From contig OZ244999.1 in NCBI GenBank assembly GCA_965223265.1, forward strand, positions 7,200,001-7,264,000: a DNA stretch of 64,000 bases. Direction: 5' to 3'. Under the pieces are notes generated by a model. The model searched no databases. It was not told the DNA's origin and saw nothing but the letters and a program-made list of their open reading frames with translations. Made by a program: the position numbers and the translations under genes. The stretch is from Planctomycetota bacterium (lineage in GTDB: Bacteria; Planctomycetota; UBA8108; SXIK01). Numbering within the stretch: the stretch's first letter is position 1; each line of letters starts with the position of its first letter. Below are positions 48,624 to 58,038 of this stretch, piece after piece.

Positions 48624-50216
48624 ATGACGACTCCGACCGCGCTCTGGCGACACTTGGAGACCTCGGTCTTGGCCGCGGCGGGCGTACAACTGGACGTCAG
48701 TCGCATGGGTTTGGAGCCACCCGCCCTGCAAGCGAACGCGCCGAAATGCCGTGCAGCGCTTGACGCCATGCGAGATCTCGAGGCGGGCGCCATCGCCAAT
48801 CCAGACGAACAGCGGCGCGTCGGCCACTACTGGTTGCGCACGCCAAAGCTGGCTCCCGATCCAGAGCTCACGCGGGCGGTCGTCGACATGAACGACCGGG
48901 TCAAGGATTTGGCGTCTCGCGTCCACCGCGGTGAGGTGCGCGGCTCGACTTCAGAGGCGTTGACGGAGCTCCTCGTTGTCGGCATTGGAGGCTCCGCACT
49001 CGGGCCTCAACTGTTGGCAGACGCGCTCGGGCAGGAATCCGACCGCATGCGGACGCACTTTCTCGACAACACTGACCCCGACGGATTCGATCGCGTCCTG
49101 CACCAGCTGGGCGAACGTCTCAAGAACACACTCGTTCTGGTGATTTCGAAATCGGGCGGCACGAAGGAGACGCGTAACGCCATGCTCGAGACCATGTCGG
49201 CGTTCCGCCAGCGCGGTCTCGAATTCGCCCCACACGCGGTCGCGATCACTGAGCCGTCGAGCGCGCTCGACGAGTTGGCGCGCCAGCAAGGCTGGCTGGA
49301 ACGGCTGCCGCTCTGGAGTTGGGTCGGTGGTCGCACGTCCCTCACCAGCGCTGTTGGCCTGGCACCAGCGGCGCTTCAAGGCATTGATATCGACGCGCTT
49401 CTCGATGGCGCCCGAGCTATGGACGCAGCGACGCGACAGCCCGAGCCGTCGACCAACGCCGCGATGCTGCTCGCGCTAGCGTGGTACGTAGCGGGAAACG
49501 GCCGCGGCGAGAAAGCCATGGTGGTGTTACCGTACAAAGACCGACTCGCCCTCTTCTCGCGTTATTTGCAGCAGCTGGTCATGGAGTCTCTCGGGAAGGA
49601 GCTCGACCTGAGTGGGCAGCTCGTCCACCAAGGGTTGACTGTGTACGGCAACAAGGGATCCACAGACCAACACTCCTTCGTGCAGCAGCTTCGCGATGGC
49701 CTCGACAACGTCTTCGTAACATTCATTCAAGTACTCAAGGATCGCGACGGCCCCTCGATCCAAGTCGAGGACGGCGTCAGTAGCGGCGATTACCTGCTCG
49801 GGTTCCTGCTCGGCACTCGGGACGCCTTGTACGAGGCTGGTCGCAAGTCTCTGTTGCTGACGCTCCCCGAAGTCTCGCCGAAGACGCTCGGAGCAGTTGT
49901 GGCGCTCTACGAGCGTGCCGTCGGCTTCTATGCTTCGCTGATCAACGTCAACGCCTACCATCAACCTGGAGTTGAAGCGGGAAAGAGGGCGGCGGCCGAC
50001 GCGCTCAGCCTTCAGGTGAGCGCCGTCAGAAGATTGAAGGAGATGGGACGAGCGGCGACGGCCGACGAGATCGCGACCGCGATGGGCGACCCTGAGCTCG
50101 CTGAGACCGTGTATCGCATGCTGGAGCACTTGGCATTCAACGGCCGACAGGTCCACCTCGAAGCTGGCGAGCGGCCGTGCGACGGGCGCTTCTCGCCGAT
50201 CGATTCACCCGACTGA
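48624..50216 (+). CDS. pgi: Glucose-6-phosphate isomerase
   Basis: [29 protein letters not shown] and QPGVEAGK. Confidence 0.96.
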   Translation: MTTPTALWRHLETSVLAAAGVQLDVSRMGLEPPALQANAPKCRAALDAMRDLEAGAIANPDEQRRVGHYWLRTPKLAPDPELTRAVVDMNDRVKDLASRVHRGEVRGSTSEALTELLVVGIGGSALGPQLLADALGQESDRMRTHFLDNTDPDGFDRVLHQLGERLKNTLVLVISKSGGTKETRNAMLETMSAFRQRGLEFAPHAVAITEPSSALDELARQQGWLERLPLWSWVGGRTSLTSAVGLAPAALQGIDIDALLDGARAMDAATRQPEPSTNAAMLLALAWYVAGNGRGEKAMVVLPYKDRLALFSRYLQQLVMESLGKELDLSGQLVHQGLTVYGNKGSTDQHSFVQQLRDGLDNVFVTFIQVLKDRDGPSIQVEDGVSSGDYLLGFLLGTRDALYEAGRKSLLLTLPEVSPKTLGAVVALYERAVGFYASLINVNAYHQPGVEAGKRAAADALSLQVSAVRRLKEMGRAATADEIATAMGDPELAETVYRMLEHLAFNGRQVHLEAGERPCDGRFSPIDSPD

Positions 50217-50332
50217 GCGCGCTTTCGTCGGCTACTATCGACCAGTGCTGCTGCGGAAAAAAATCGCCAGCAAGCGGTTTTTGCGGGCATTTTCTGCAAC
50301 ATTGGGACTTCGAGGCTTAGCCTCGAGGTTTG

Positions 50333-50511
50333 CAGCCCGTTGAAAAAGTCATTCGGCCGAGGAAACTGGTCTCTTCACGCCCAGACGGGCCGCGTCAATA
50401 CTCGCCATCAGAATCGAAAGAAGAGGGCCCGAAGATTGCCTGCGTTTGCCGCGGCCGATCTGGACGCGAAGCGACCAGTTTTCGGCTCGAAGCACTTTTT
50501 CAGGCAGGTTG
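50333..50511 (+). mobile_element. Fold-back MITE (family 1), 179 bp
   Basis: CAGCCCGTTGAAAAAGTCATTCGGCC...GCGAAGCGACCAGTTTTCGGCTCGAAGCACTTTTTCAGGCAGGTTG, with a longer central loop. Confidence 0.85.
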
Positions 50512-50600
50512 TTAGCCTTGGACGTTCAAGCCGGTCGCAGCTCGCCTGCGAACATGAGAAAAGAAGAATCCACTAGGATGTAGGAAGGGCGTCGACGACT

Positions 50601-52319
50601 TTGTCCCAGATCTTCGCGTCGCTGCGGCGCCCTAAGGCGACCGGCCTGACCATCCTCAGCCTACTCGTCCTTTACGGGTTCGGCCTGTTCGATCACGACC
50701 TATGGACTCCGGACGAGCCGCGCGTCGCGGCCGTCGGCAAGTCCGTGGCGGACGGAGAGTGGATCATCCCGCTGCTCAACGACCGCCCTTTTGTCGAGCA
50801 GCCGCCGCTCTTCGCGTGGTGTGTCGGCTCGATCTACCGCATCTTCGGGGTTGAGCGGGCGGAGCGCGCTCGCATCCTCTCGGCGCTTTTCGGCGTCGGC
50901 ACACTCGTGGTCACTGGCCTACTCAGCGCGCATCTCTGCCGCGGACCGCGATCTGCAAGGGTCGGACTCCTGAGCGCAGCATCACTGGCGCTTTCGGTAG
51001 AGTTCTTCACCACCGCCCATCGCCTGGTCGTCGACGGCGCCCTGACCTTTTTGACGACCAGCGCCGCTCTAGCGGCTTGGGCGTGCGCTGAGGCAAGCAC
51101 GCGGTGGCGACGCTGGATGGCGGCTTTCCTCTGCGGCCTTACCATCAGCCTGGCGTTTCTGACGAAGGGCTTGATCGGCATCGCGGCGCCGACTCTGTTC
51201 GTGGTCGCCGTATTTCTCCATCGACGAGACGCCATTCGCCTCGTGACCTTGCCGCTGATTGTGATGACGACGGCGCTCTTCGCCGTCGTCGTCGGTAGCT
51301 GGTTTTATCTGGCCTGGACCGAGCTCGGTGGCGACGCTTTTCGACTAATCTTTATCGACAACACACTCGAGCGCATCTGGAGCACGCAGAAGGGGCGCAG
51401 TCACGTGCGACCGTTTCACTATTACATCGTTCACTTTCCCGTTCACTTCCTCCCCGCCACACTGCTGTTGCCGGGGGCGTTGATGTTCGCAGGCCGGCGC
51501 TCGCCGGGCGCCAGCGGCAAGTCTTCAGCAGAGCCGCAACACTCGGGGAAAAACGACAAAGGGGACCTGCAGGGCGGAGCACGGATTGCGCTCACCTGGT
51601 TCATTGCCGGCTTCGTTCTCCTCAGCCTCGCTAGCACCAAACGAGCCATCTACCTCCTCCCATTCTTCCCTGGCGCCGCGATCGCCTGCGGCGCCTGGCT
51701 CGATCAGGTCGTCAGCGGTGAAGAGCGCTCACGCTACGGCAAGATGATCGCCCCCCTCTTGGCGATCTGTCTCGCCGCTGCCGCGATTGCCGTTCCACCC
51801 GTCGCCAGGTTGCTGCCGGAGTTTCCCTTATCGTTGGCGGTGATCACGACAGCGGTCGGCATCGTGTTCGCGGCTCTCGTCGTGCACTTCCGCGCCCAGC
51901 CAACACGCTTTCTGTGCGCCTTTCTCGTCGGTTTCACGTTGGTGGTCGTGGGCGCCGAACGGACGCTGCTCGGCTACGACCGCATCAAGAGCCTCCGAGA
52001 CGTGACGCGAACCATTGCAGCGACGATCCCGCCGCCGGCCGCGATCTACCTCTTCGATCCCGACGAAACGACCGAAGGCCTCTTCCCTCTCTATGCTGAT
52101 CGTAACGCCGTGAGTCTCTTCACGGCGACCGAGCTCAAGGACGCAGCCCAGCGCGATTCCGCGGCCGGTGGTGGCATCTACGTGGTGGCGATCGACAAAG
52201 CTTACCGCCGTCGCCAGCGACGCCGCGATGTCGTCCGGGACCTGGGTGGAGAGCTCCTGTTCGAAGACGTTCGGCAGGAGTCGCGCGCGATTCGTCTCTT
52301 TCGGATGCCCACGCCATGA
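50601..52319 (+). CDS. ArnT/PMT-family (GT-C) glycosyltransferase
   Basis: PDEPR, EQPPL, LTKG, HVRPFHYY and STKRAIYLLP. Many TM helices. Confidence 0.88.
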   Translation: MSQIFASLRRPKATGLTILSLLVLYGFGLFDHDLWTPDEPRVAAVGKSVADGEWIIPLLNDRPFVEQPPLFAWCVGSIYRIFGVERAERARILSALFGVGTLVVTGLLSAHLCRGPRSARVGLLSAASLALSVEFFTTAHRLVVDGALTFLTTSAALAAWACAEASTRWRRWMAAFLCGLTISLAFLTKGLIGIAAPTLFVVAVFLHRRDAIRLVTLPLIVMTTALFAVVVGSWFYLAWTELGGDAFRLIFIDNTLERIWSTQKGRSHVRPFHYYIVHFPVHFLPATLLLPGALMFAGRRSPGASGKSSAEPQHSGKNDKGDLQGGARIALTWFIAGFVLLSLASTKRAIYLLPFFPGAAIACGAWLDQVVSGEERSRYGKMIAPLLAICLAAAAIAVPPVARLLPEFPLSLAVITTAVGIVFAALVVHFRAQPTRFLCAFLVGFTLVVVGAERTLLGYDRIKSLRDVTRTIAATIPPPAAIYLFDPDETTEGLFPLYADRNAVSLFTATELKDAAQRDSAAGGGIYVVAIDKAYRRRQRRRDVVRDLGGELLFEDVRQESRAIRLFRMPTP

Positions 52320-52744
52320 CCCATCCGTTGATCGAGTTCTCACAATCGATCCCACCGCCGCTATGGCTGGTTCTCCTGGCAGCCGCTTTTCACACTGCCG
52401 TCGCTATCTGCACGAGACCCGAGAAGCCAGCGCGGCCGGGGCGTCCGAGCCACGTCAGCGGCGAAGACTACCGGACGCCACGCTCCGATTCCAGACTCGC
52501 CGCGCCGTGGCCGCCGACTGGTGCTTCTCACCGCGCGAGCAGCGTGACGAAAACTACGAGCAGCGCTCGGTTGGAACGCCCTGTCGCGCTTCCTTGCGCT
52601 GCTACGATGTTCGCTGCCCCACCGTTCGCGTTCTTGGTCGCGGCGGCACACTCCCGCCCGCTCCCACTCCTGGCGGTGATGCTATCTTTCGCTATCTTTC
52701 TCTGCGTCGCCCCGACGGCGACGCGACATCAGCGCGATTCGTGA
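52316..52744 (+). CDS. Hypothetical small membrane protein
   Basis: ATGA overlap with the ArnT-like stop codon, hydrophobic N- and C-terminal segments. The middle is poorly protein-like. Confidence 0.4.
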   Translation: MTHPLIEFSQSIPPPLWLVLLAAAFHTAVAICTRPEKPARPGRPSHVSGEDYRTPRSDSRLAAPWPPTGASHRASSVTKTTSSARLERPVALPCAATMFAAPPFAFLVAAAHSRPLPLLAVMLSFAIFLCVAPTATRHQRDS

Positions 52745-55700
52745 TCTCCGTCGCTCCCACTGGGTGCGGCCGCCGTTGTCACCCGTGCAGCGCACCAGCT
52801 GACGATGTCCCAGTCGTTGCCATCGCCAGCGTCGTGCACGCGCAAGCTGATCGACTCAACGCCATCGATCGGCAAATCGATGGCTAGTGGTTCGAAACGT
52901 CCGCCCCTGAGAACCTCGCTACGAAACAACTCGCGGCCATCCCCGACGACTGAGACGACGGCACTTCCGCGCAGCGCAGTGGAATCGTCGATGCCGACGA
53001 AAGTTTGAAAACGCGCGAATGCACCGTCGAGGCGAAAGTCTAGCTGTCCCGGCGCCGCGACGCTCAGCCCGCTAGCGAACACACGACCACCGATCGTCAG
53101 CGGTCCGCCGCCTACGGCGCGTCGGCGATACGTCCGCCCCTTGCCCCCTAGCGTGGCGATGCGGTCGAGCTCGAGGTCACGCACTGGAGGAAACGTGAAC
53201 CGAGCCTCCGCGCTTTCCGCCAGCGTCTCCACGTGATCGCCGCGTTGCCTCGGTCCAGCCGTGATGACGCCGCGCCGGATGGCGACGAGGCGCACCTTGT
53301 AGCGTCGAATACCGCCCCACCCAGCGCTCTGATCCAGAACTCGATCGTCCCGCGTCGACGCGACGACCTGATGGTCTCGAACCACTTGGAACTCGAGCCG
53401 ACCGTCGTGGATCGTGGGAAACGGCGACGACGTCCAGCTCACTAGAGGGGCACGCGCTACTGGATCCAGCTCGACGCGAAGAGTCAGCGCAGGCGGCGGC
53501 TCTTGCCGTTGAGTCGCCTCGCGAAACTCGATGCTGAAGCTCACATCGAGTTCGCCGCCGACGAAGAGCTCAAGGTGGCGGCCCTGCAGTCGAAAGTTCA
53601 CGACCGCATCCGTGGAGTCGCAGCGAACGGGCTCCAGCCCCGCCGGAACGAGGACGTGCACGCGGCGTCCAGCCGCACCCGCTGGTGCACATGCCCGCTG
53701 CAGTAGCCGCGCCGTTAGCGTCTTTTCCCGTGGCCGCCACGCGACGACGTCGAGCCACTTCTCCTGACCGAGCGGGTGACCCGAGACCGCAACGATGCGC
53801 GGCCGACGACCAACTCGAGCGACGGCAACAAGTCGTGTCTCCTCGCCCAGAAGCTGGAATTGTCGCGGCTGCCACCCATGACCGATGAGGCGCTCGCTCT
53901 CGAGGTCGAACCAGTAGAGTTCGTCGACCTCGCCGTCGGGGCGGCGCACGATGCCAACATCAGCGGGCGCGATCGACTCGCTGACGGCACGATCGCCGCA
54001 GTTGAAGAGCGCAGCGACACCGCGGTCTCCTTCGTCAACCGCAGAGACGACGATCCAGCGACTCGCGAGCGGTCTGTCGACAGCGTTCGGCATGACCGGC
54101 CGACGCCCAACGAGCGAACTGCTGGTATCGAGCGGACGTAGGCGGGGCTCACTCTGCAGCTTCGAAACCTGCGCCCTCAACGCCGCCGGAACCCAATCGA
54201 ACGCGCCAGGTCTCTGGCGCCCCGGGGCCAACAGGTGCTCAAGGGCGTCTTCCGAGGGCGCATCGAAAACCACATTTTGGCCGCTCACCTGCGCCCAGTG
54301 GAGCAGGCTCCGGGCCACGCGGTCGGGGTCGAGTGCATCGTCGACGACGCCGTGCTGCCATCGCGGCAGCTCCACATTCCAAAGCACTCGGTGCGTTCCC
54401 GCAGCGAAATCACCTGCAGTAAAAAGGTGCGCGAGGGAGCTTAGACCCACGGTTTCGCCGTCGAACGACAAACTTGGCTGCACGCTGTCAAGCAGCCCGG
54501 CCACGCGCGCTGGTGTTCCAGCATCGCCGGCGAGCACGAGGCTGTCGCCAGCGCCGCGGCGCATCGCCTCAAGTCCTTGCGTGATGGCCATGAAAGCGTC
54601 GACGTTCGGGTCCGCCAGTCGCGAGCGGTTGTTCTCGAACACGGCGACAGCACGTCCAAGTCCCGCAAGCCTGACGACGCCAAATCCTGTTTGTCGTAGT
54701 CGCCGGAAAAGGGATTCCATGTACGAACGCGCCGTCGGTGACGTAGGATCGACAACGTACTTGCCGAGCCAGCCATCAGAGATTGGGCGCCCCTCCGCGT
54801 CACGGATGAAAGCCTCCGGGATCGTATCGAAGAAGCGCTTCTCACTCTGCCCAAACGGCACGATCCAAACGCCAACGACGTGACCTGCGTCGCGAAGGAA
54901 CTTGACGCTTGCCCCAAGCGTCTGCGACACGCTCGACCCCTCCGGGTCGTCATCCGGAGACGCAGCTGGGTCGTTCGCGTTCGACGTCGCCTGGTGGGGC
55001 CGCGCTCCGCCCCCGGGGGCGCCCTTTTTTTGGCTGACTGCCGGAGTCACACGCTGCATCTCGGGCTGAAGCGCACTCTGCCAGTTGCGCGCCGGACCGC
55101 GAAACGGCCGCAGCCCGTCGCTCTGCCAGCCATCTCCGATCTCGACGTACGCCGGCGTGCAGCTTGTACCGCGTTCAATCGCCACGAGGTCGTCGAGACG
55201 CTCGCGGAGTTTTCGGCCAGAAAGGCCTCGCAGCCGCCAGCCTCGGAGCGACGCGGCCTTCTCGAATCGACGCAGCGCCGGAGGAGTCCACGTCACCGGT
55301 GTGACCCCCTCACCGAAAGGATGTGCCACTGCGCGCCACGACAAAAGCACGCGCTCGCTTCGACTCCCCAACGTGCATGTAGCACGAACGCGCCCGACTT
55401 CAGGTCCCCAACCAGCGGGCGATGCACCGCGGCGCTGCACATCGCGGCGCCTCCAAAGACGCAGCTGTGTTTGCGGATCGGTAGAACTGAAATCGAGTGC
55501 GTAGAGCGATCGCGGTGTGAGGAGCCCGCGCGCGAGCAGAAACCCGCCACCGTCGAAACCGACGATGCGTGTGCGGTCGTCGGCAGCGCCAAGTCGTGCC
55601 GGCACGGCGTGCTCGAGCCCCTGAAACACAACCTCCAGCTCACAGCGAAGCTGGCTGCGTCGAAGCGCCCCAGTGATCAGCGTCAGTCGCCCAGCGCGCT

Positions 55701-56064
55701 CGCGACCAGCGGTGAACAACTCGACGCGCAGTCGCACATCCCCGTCGAGCGCAAACTCCTTCGCATCACCGAGTCGCAACTGGACCGCGCCGGGGAACTC
55801 AGGCCGCAGCAGATGGCCGTCGGCTTCGAGGCGCAGTCGTGCCCGACCGGCGAGAACCCCCTCAGGAAGCTCGGTCCAGCCGAGTTCGTCGCCTGCCGAC
55901 TGACTTGGCCACGAGGCGAAAACCACCCAGACCAGGACGACAAGCCGGCCGCGGCCGATTTTCTCCTCCCATGGGCAGCCGCTGAGATTCGATCGCGAGC
56001 TCTGAGCGCTGGGAATGGCACCGAACATCGGGGGAAGCATACGAGCCGGCCGCGCCGACGCCAA
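52729..56064 (-). CDS. GH36/GH27-like TIM-barrel protein with C-terminal NPCBM/NEW2 domain
   Basis: YVEIGDGWQ, GVWIVPF, VDPTSP and C-terminal FQTFVGIDD...VVGDG...DAGDGNDWDIVSW. Start uncertain. Confidence 0.75.
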   Translation of the reverse strand: MASARPARMLPPMFGAIPSAQSSRSNLSGCPWEEKIGRGRLVVLVWVVFASWPSQSAGDELGWTELPEGVLAGRARLRLEADGHLLRPEFPGAVQLRLGDAKEFALDGDVRLRVELFTAGRERAGRLTLITGALRRSQLRCELEVVFQGLEHAVPARLGAADDRTRIVGFDGGGFLLARGLLTPRSLYALDFSSTDPQTQLRLWRRRDVQRRGASPAGWGPEVGRVRATCTLGSRSERVLLSWRAVAHPFGEGVTPVTWTPPALRRFEKAASLRGWRLRGLSGRKLRERLDDLVAIERGTSCTPAYVEIGDGWQSDGLRPFRGPARNWQSALQPEMQRVTPAVSQKKGAPGGGARPHQATSNANDPAASPDDDPEGSSVSQTLGASVKFLRDAGHVVGVWIVPFGQSEKRFFDTIPEAFIRDAEGRPISDGWLGKYVVDPTSPTARSYMESLFRRLRQTGFGVVRLAGLGRAVAVFENNRSRLADPNVDAFMAITQGLEAMRRGAGDSLVLAGDAGTPARVAGLLDSVQPSLSFDGETVGLSSLAHLFTAGDFAAGTHRVLWNVELPRWQHGVVDDALDPDRVARSLLHWAQVSGQNVVFDAPSEDALEHLLAPGRQRPGAFDWVPAALRAQVSKLQSEPRLRPLDTSSSLVGRRPVMPNAVDRPLASRWIVVSAVDEGDRGVAALFNCGDRAVSESIAPADVGIVRRPDGEVDELYWFDLESERLIGHGWQPRQFQLLGEETRLVAVARVGRRPRIVAVSGHPLGQEKWLDVVAWRPREKTLTARLLQRACAPAGAAGRRVHVLVPAGLEPVRCDSTDAVVNFRLQGRHLELFVGGELDVSFSIEFREATQRQEPPPALTLRVELDPVARAPLVSWTSSPFPTIHDGRLEFQVVRDHQVVASTRDDRVLDQSAGWGGIRRYKVRLVAIRRGVITAGPRQRGDHVETLAESAEARFTFPPVRDLELDRIATLGGKGRTYRRRAVGGGPLTIGGRVFASGLSVAAPGQLDFRLDGAFARFQTFVGIDDSTALRGSAVVSVVGDGRELFRSEVLRGGRFEPLAIDLPIDGVESISLRVHDAGDGNDWDIVSWCAARVTTAAAPSGSDGDHESR

Positions 56065-56098
56065 GGAAATCCGCTGATTCGGGCATCAAGCGCGAACG

Positions 56099-56142
56099 AA
56101 AAAAGAGCGCTCCCCGTTCGATTCCGAGCGAGGAGCGCTCTT
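56099..56142 (-). terminator. Rho-independent terminator of the porin gene
   Basis: AAGAGCGCTCC...GGAGCGCTCTT stem with an A-run on the left (U-tail on the minus strand). Confidence 0.8.
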
Positions 56143-56190
56143 CGCGCCGGCACAGATCGCGCCAGCGAAGCAACGCTGGCCCCCGAGGTT

Positions 56191-57591
56191 TCAAAAAACG
56201 AGCTGCACCTGCGTTCTCAGCATGACGCCTTGCTCGCCCTCGGCGAGATTCGTCGCACTCGAACTGAAGCTCGGCGCCGCCGCCGGACCGGAACGCTCGA
56301 GGTTGGTGGTCTGTCGTGGCATGTCCGCCGGGATGTCGAAAAAGATGACGTCCGTCTGCCATTTCAGTTTGTGCCCGTTGATGAACCAGTTGAGCCCAGG
56401 CCCAGCCTCGACCCCAGTACCATCGTTGGCGCCTTCGTTACCGTAAACCACCGAAGCACGACCGACGAGCTCGACGTGCTGCGGTACGACGAAGAGACCT
56501 CCTTGGACGTAGAAGCCGTGCGAGAAGACGTTCCGTCCGAACAGGACGTCGAGATCACCTGCACCGGCGGTGGCCTCGTAGTCAAGCCACCGCATCATGT
56601 ACTCGCCTTGCAGCGAGAAGCCGGCGAACTTGAAACCAAGGTCAGTCCCGAGCTGGTAGACCTTGTAGTTGGGCGCTCCGGTGCCGCCCGTGCCGTTGTT
56701 CTGGTCAGAGGCGAAGGACGCGCCGACGACGAAATCGGGCGTGTCATCACCTGAAATGTCGCTTTCCTCGTAGCCATAATCACCGAGGAGATTGAAGTCG
56801 AGTTTAGCGACAAACGCCGGGATCTGATCGCTCGTGGCACCTCGATTGGGGCTACGAAAACCGTTCGTCACGGCGAACGAGTAGAGAATCAGATTGGGGT
56901 TTTCATCGAGCCCGAGCTCGCCTTCCATCCAGGCGCCAAGAGCTCTGTCGATGTTGAAGAACTCGGTGGCAAGGGAGCGATCGACGAACTGCTGCTTTCC
57001 CGACGAAGTCTTTTCCTGCCTCGTGAAGTGCGGCTTCCACTGGCCAAGTCCCAGCTTGACGATGTCGTCCATAGCCGCATAGCGCGCGTACGCGTCGAGA
57101 GTGGTGACTCCACCACCTCGATCGGTGTCGCCGTCAAACTGAAACTGGTACTCCAGTCGAGGGTCGAACACATGTCCGCGAAACTGGAATCGCACGCGCT
57201 CGAGCTCAAAGAAGCTCTGGTCGCGCTCACCAACCTCCCCGGCATCGACGTTCGAGCCGCGCTTATCACGCCCTTTGTACGTGTACCGTAGCTGCGCGCG
57301 GCCACCGATTCGCAGCAAGAAGTCGTCGCTGTCAACCGAGCGGACGAAGAAGCCTTTCTTCTTGTCCCAGCCTGCGGTGATGGGCGACGCTTCATGATGG
57401 TCACCACCGTTGCCGAGCTCTTGCTCGAGCTGTGCGAGCTTCGCCATGCTCAGACTGACGTCCGCTGTCTCGACAGAAGCCGCACGGCCTCCTGACGCGC
57501 TGTCACTTGTCGCAGCTTCGCCCCCCGCGTAGCCAACCTGACCGCACAACAGCGCAGCCATGACGCCGACAAATGCTTGAAGACCCCGCAT
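56191..57591 (-). CDS. Porin, phosphate-selective OprO/OprP-like
   Basis: RBS GCAGGAGG, signal peptide, GRAQLRY, RVRFQFRG, QFVDRS, GLNWF and C-terminal F. Confidence 0.82.
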   Translation of the reverse strand: MRGLQAFVGVMAALLCGQVGYAGGEAATSDSASGGRAASVETADVSLSMAKLAQLEQELGNGGDHHEASPITAGWDKKKGFFVRSVDSDDFLLRIGGRAQLRYTYKGRDKRGSNVDAGEVGERDQSFFELERVRFQFRGHVFDPRLEYQFQFDGDTDRGGGVTTLDAYARYAAMDDIVKLGLGQWKPHFTRQEKTSSGKQQFVDRSLATEFFNIDRALGAWMEGELGLDENPNLILYSFAVTNGFRSPNRGATSDQIPAFVAKLDFNLLGDYGYEESDISGDDTPDFVVGASFASDQNNGTGGTGAPNYKVYQLGTDLGFKFAGFSLQGEYMMRWLDYEATAGAGDLDVLFGRNVFSHGFYVQGGLFVVPQHVELVGRASVVYGNEGANDGTGVEAGPGLNWFINGHKLKWQTDVIFFDIPADMPRQTTNLERSGPAAAPSFSSSATNLAEGEQGVMLRTQVQLVF

Positions 57592-57879
57592 GTATAATCC
57601 TCCTGCAAGTGATGATGGCCCAACCGACAAACTCCCGCCGCGCTGGCGCCTTGACGAACTCCACGCACCAGCAAGATGGAAATGCTGGCACATTGGATCC
57701 ATGCAACATGAAGAAATTGTAAAAATCGTGTTTCGCTTGTGTGGCGAGCGGAAGGCAGGAAATGTAAAGCCAAGCGAGCGGTTTGTGAAAGCCTAAATCG
57801 ATCAATTGAGCGCGTCGCAGGACGATCGGATGAGCAACTCGACAAGACGCGGATACGACGCTACAGCGCGTGCGCTTAA

Positions 57880-58038
57880 CAGCCCGTTGAAAAAGTCATT
57901 CGGCCGAGAAACTGGCCTCTTCACGCCTAGATCGAACGCGGCGAGCCTCGAGAATCTCGGAGATTACCTGCGTTCGCCGCGACCGATCTGGACGCGAAGC
58001 GACCAGTTTTCGACTCGAAGCACTTTTTCAACAGGCTG
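57880..58038 (+). mobile_element. Fold-back MITE (family 1), 159 bp, with TTAA target duplication
   Basis: TTAA|CAGCCCGTTGAAAAAGT...ACTTTTTCAACAGGCTG|TTAA. The right TTAA contains the xylulokinase stop codon. Confidence 0.88.

Noticed and set aside
50259-50282. Terminator after pgi (AAAAATCGC...GCGGTTTTT)
   Set aside because: The GC stem is only about 4 bp, too weak to call.
54880-56754. 624-aa + strand ORF
   Set aside because: Antisense to two supported genes and crosses a terminator. Its Arg/Ala/Pro-rich composition is typical of shadow ORFs.
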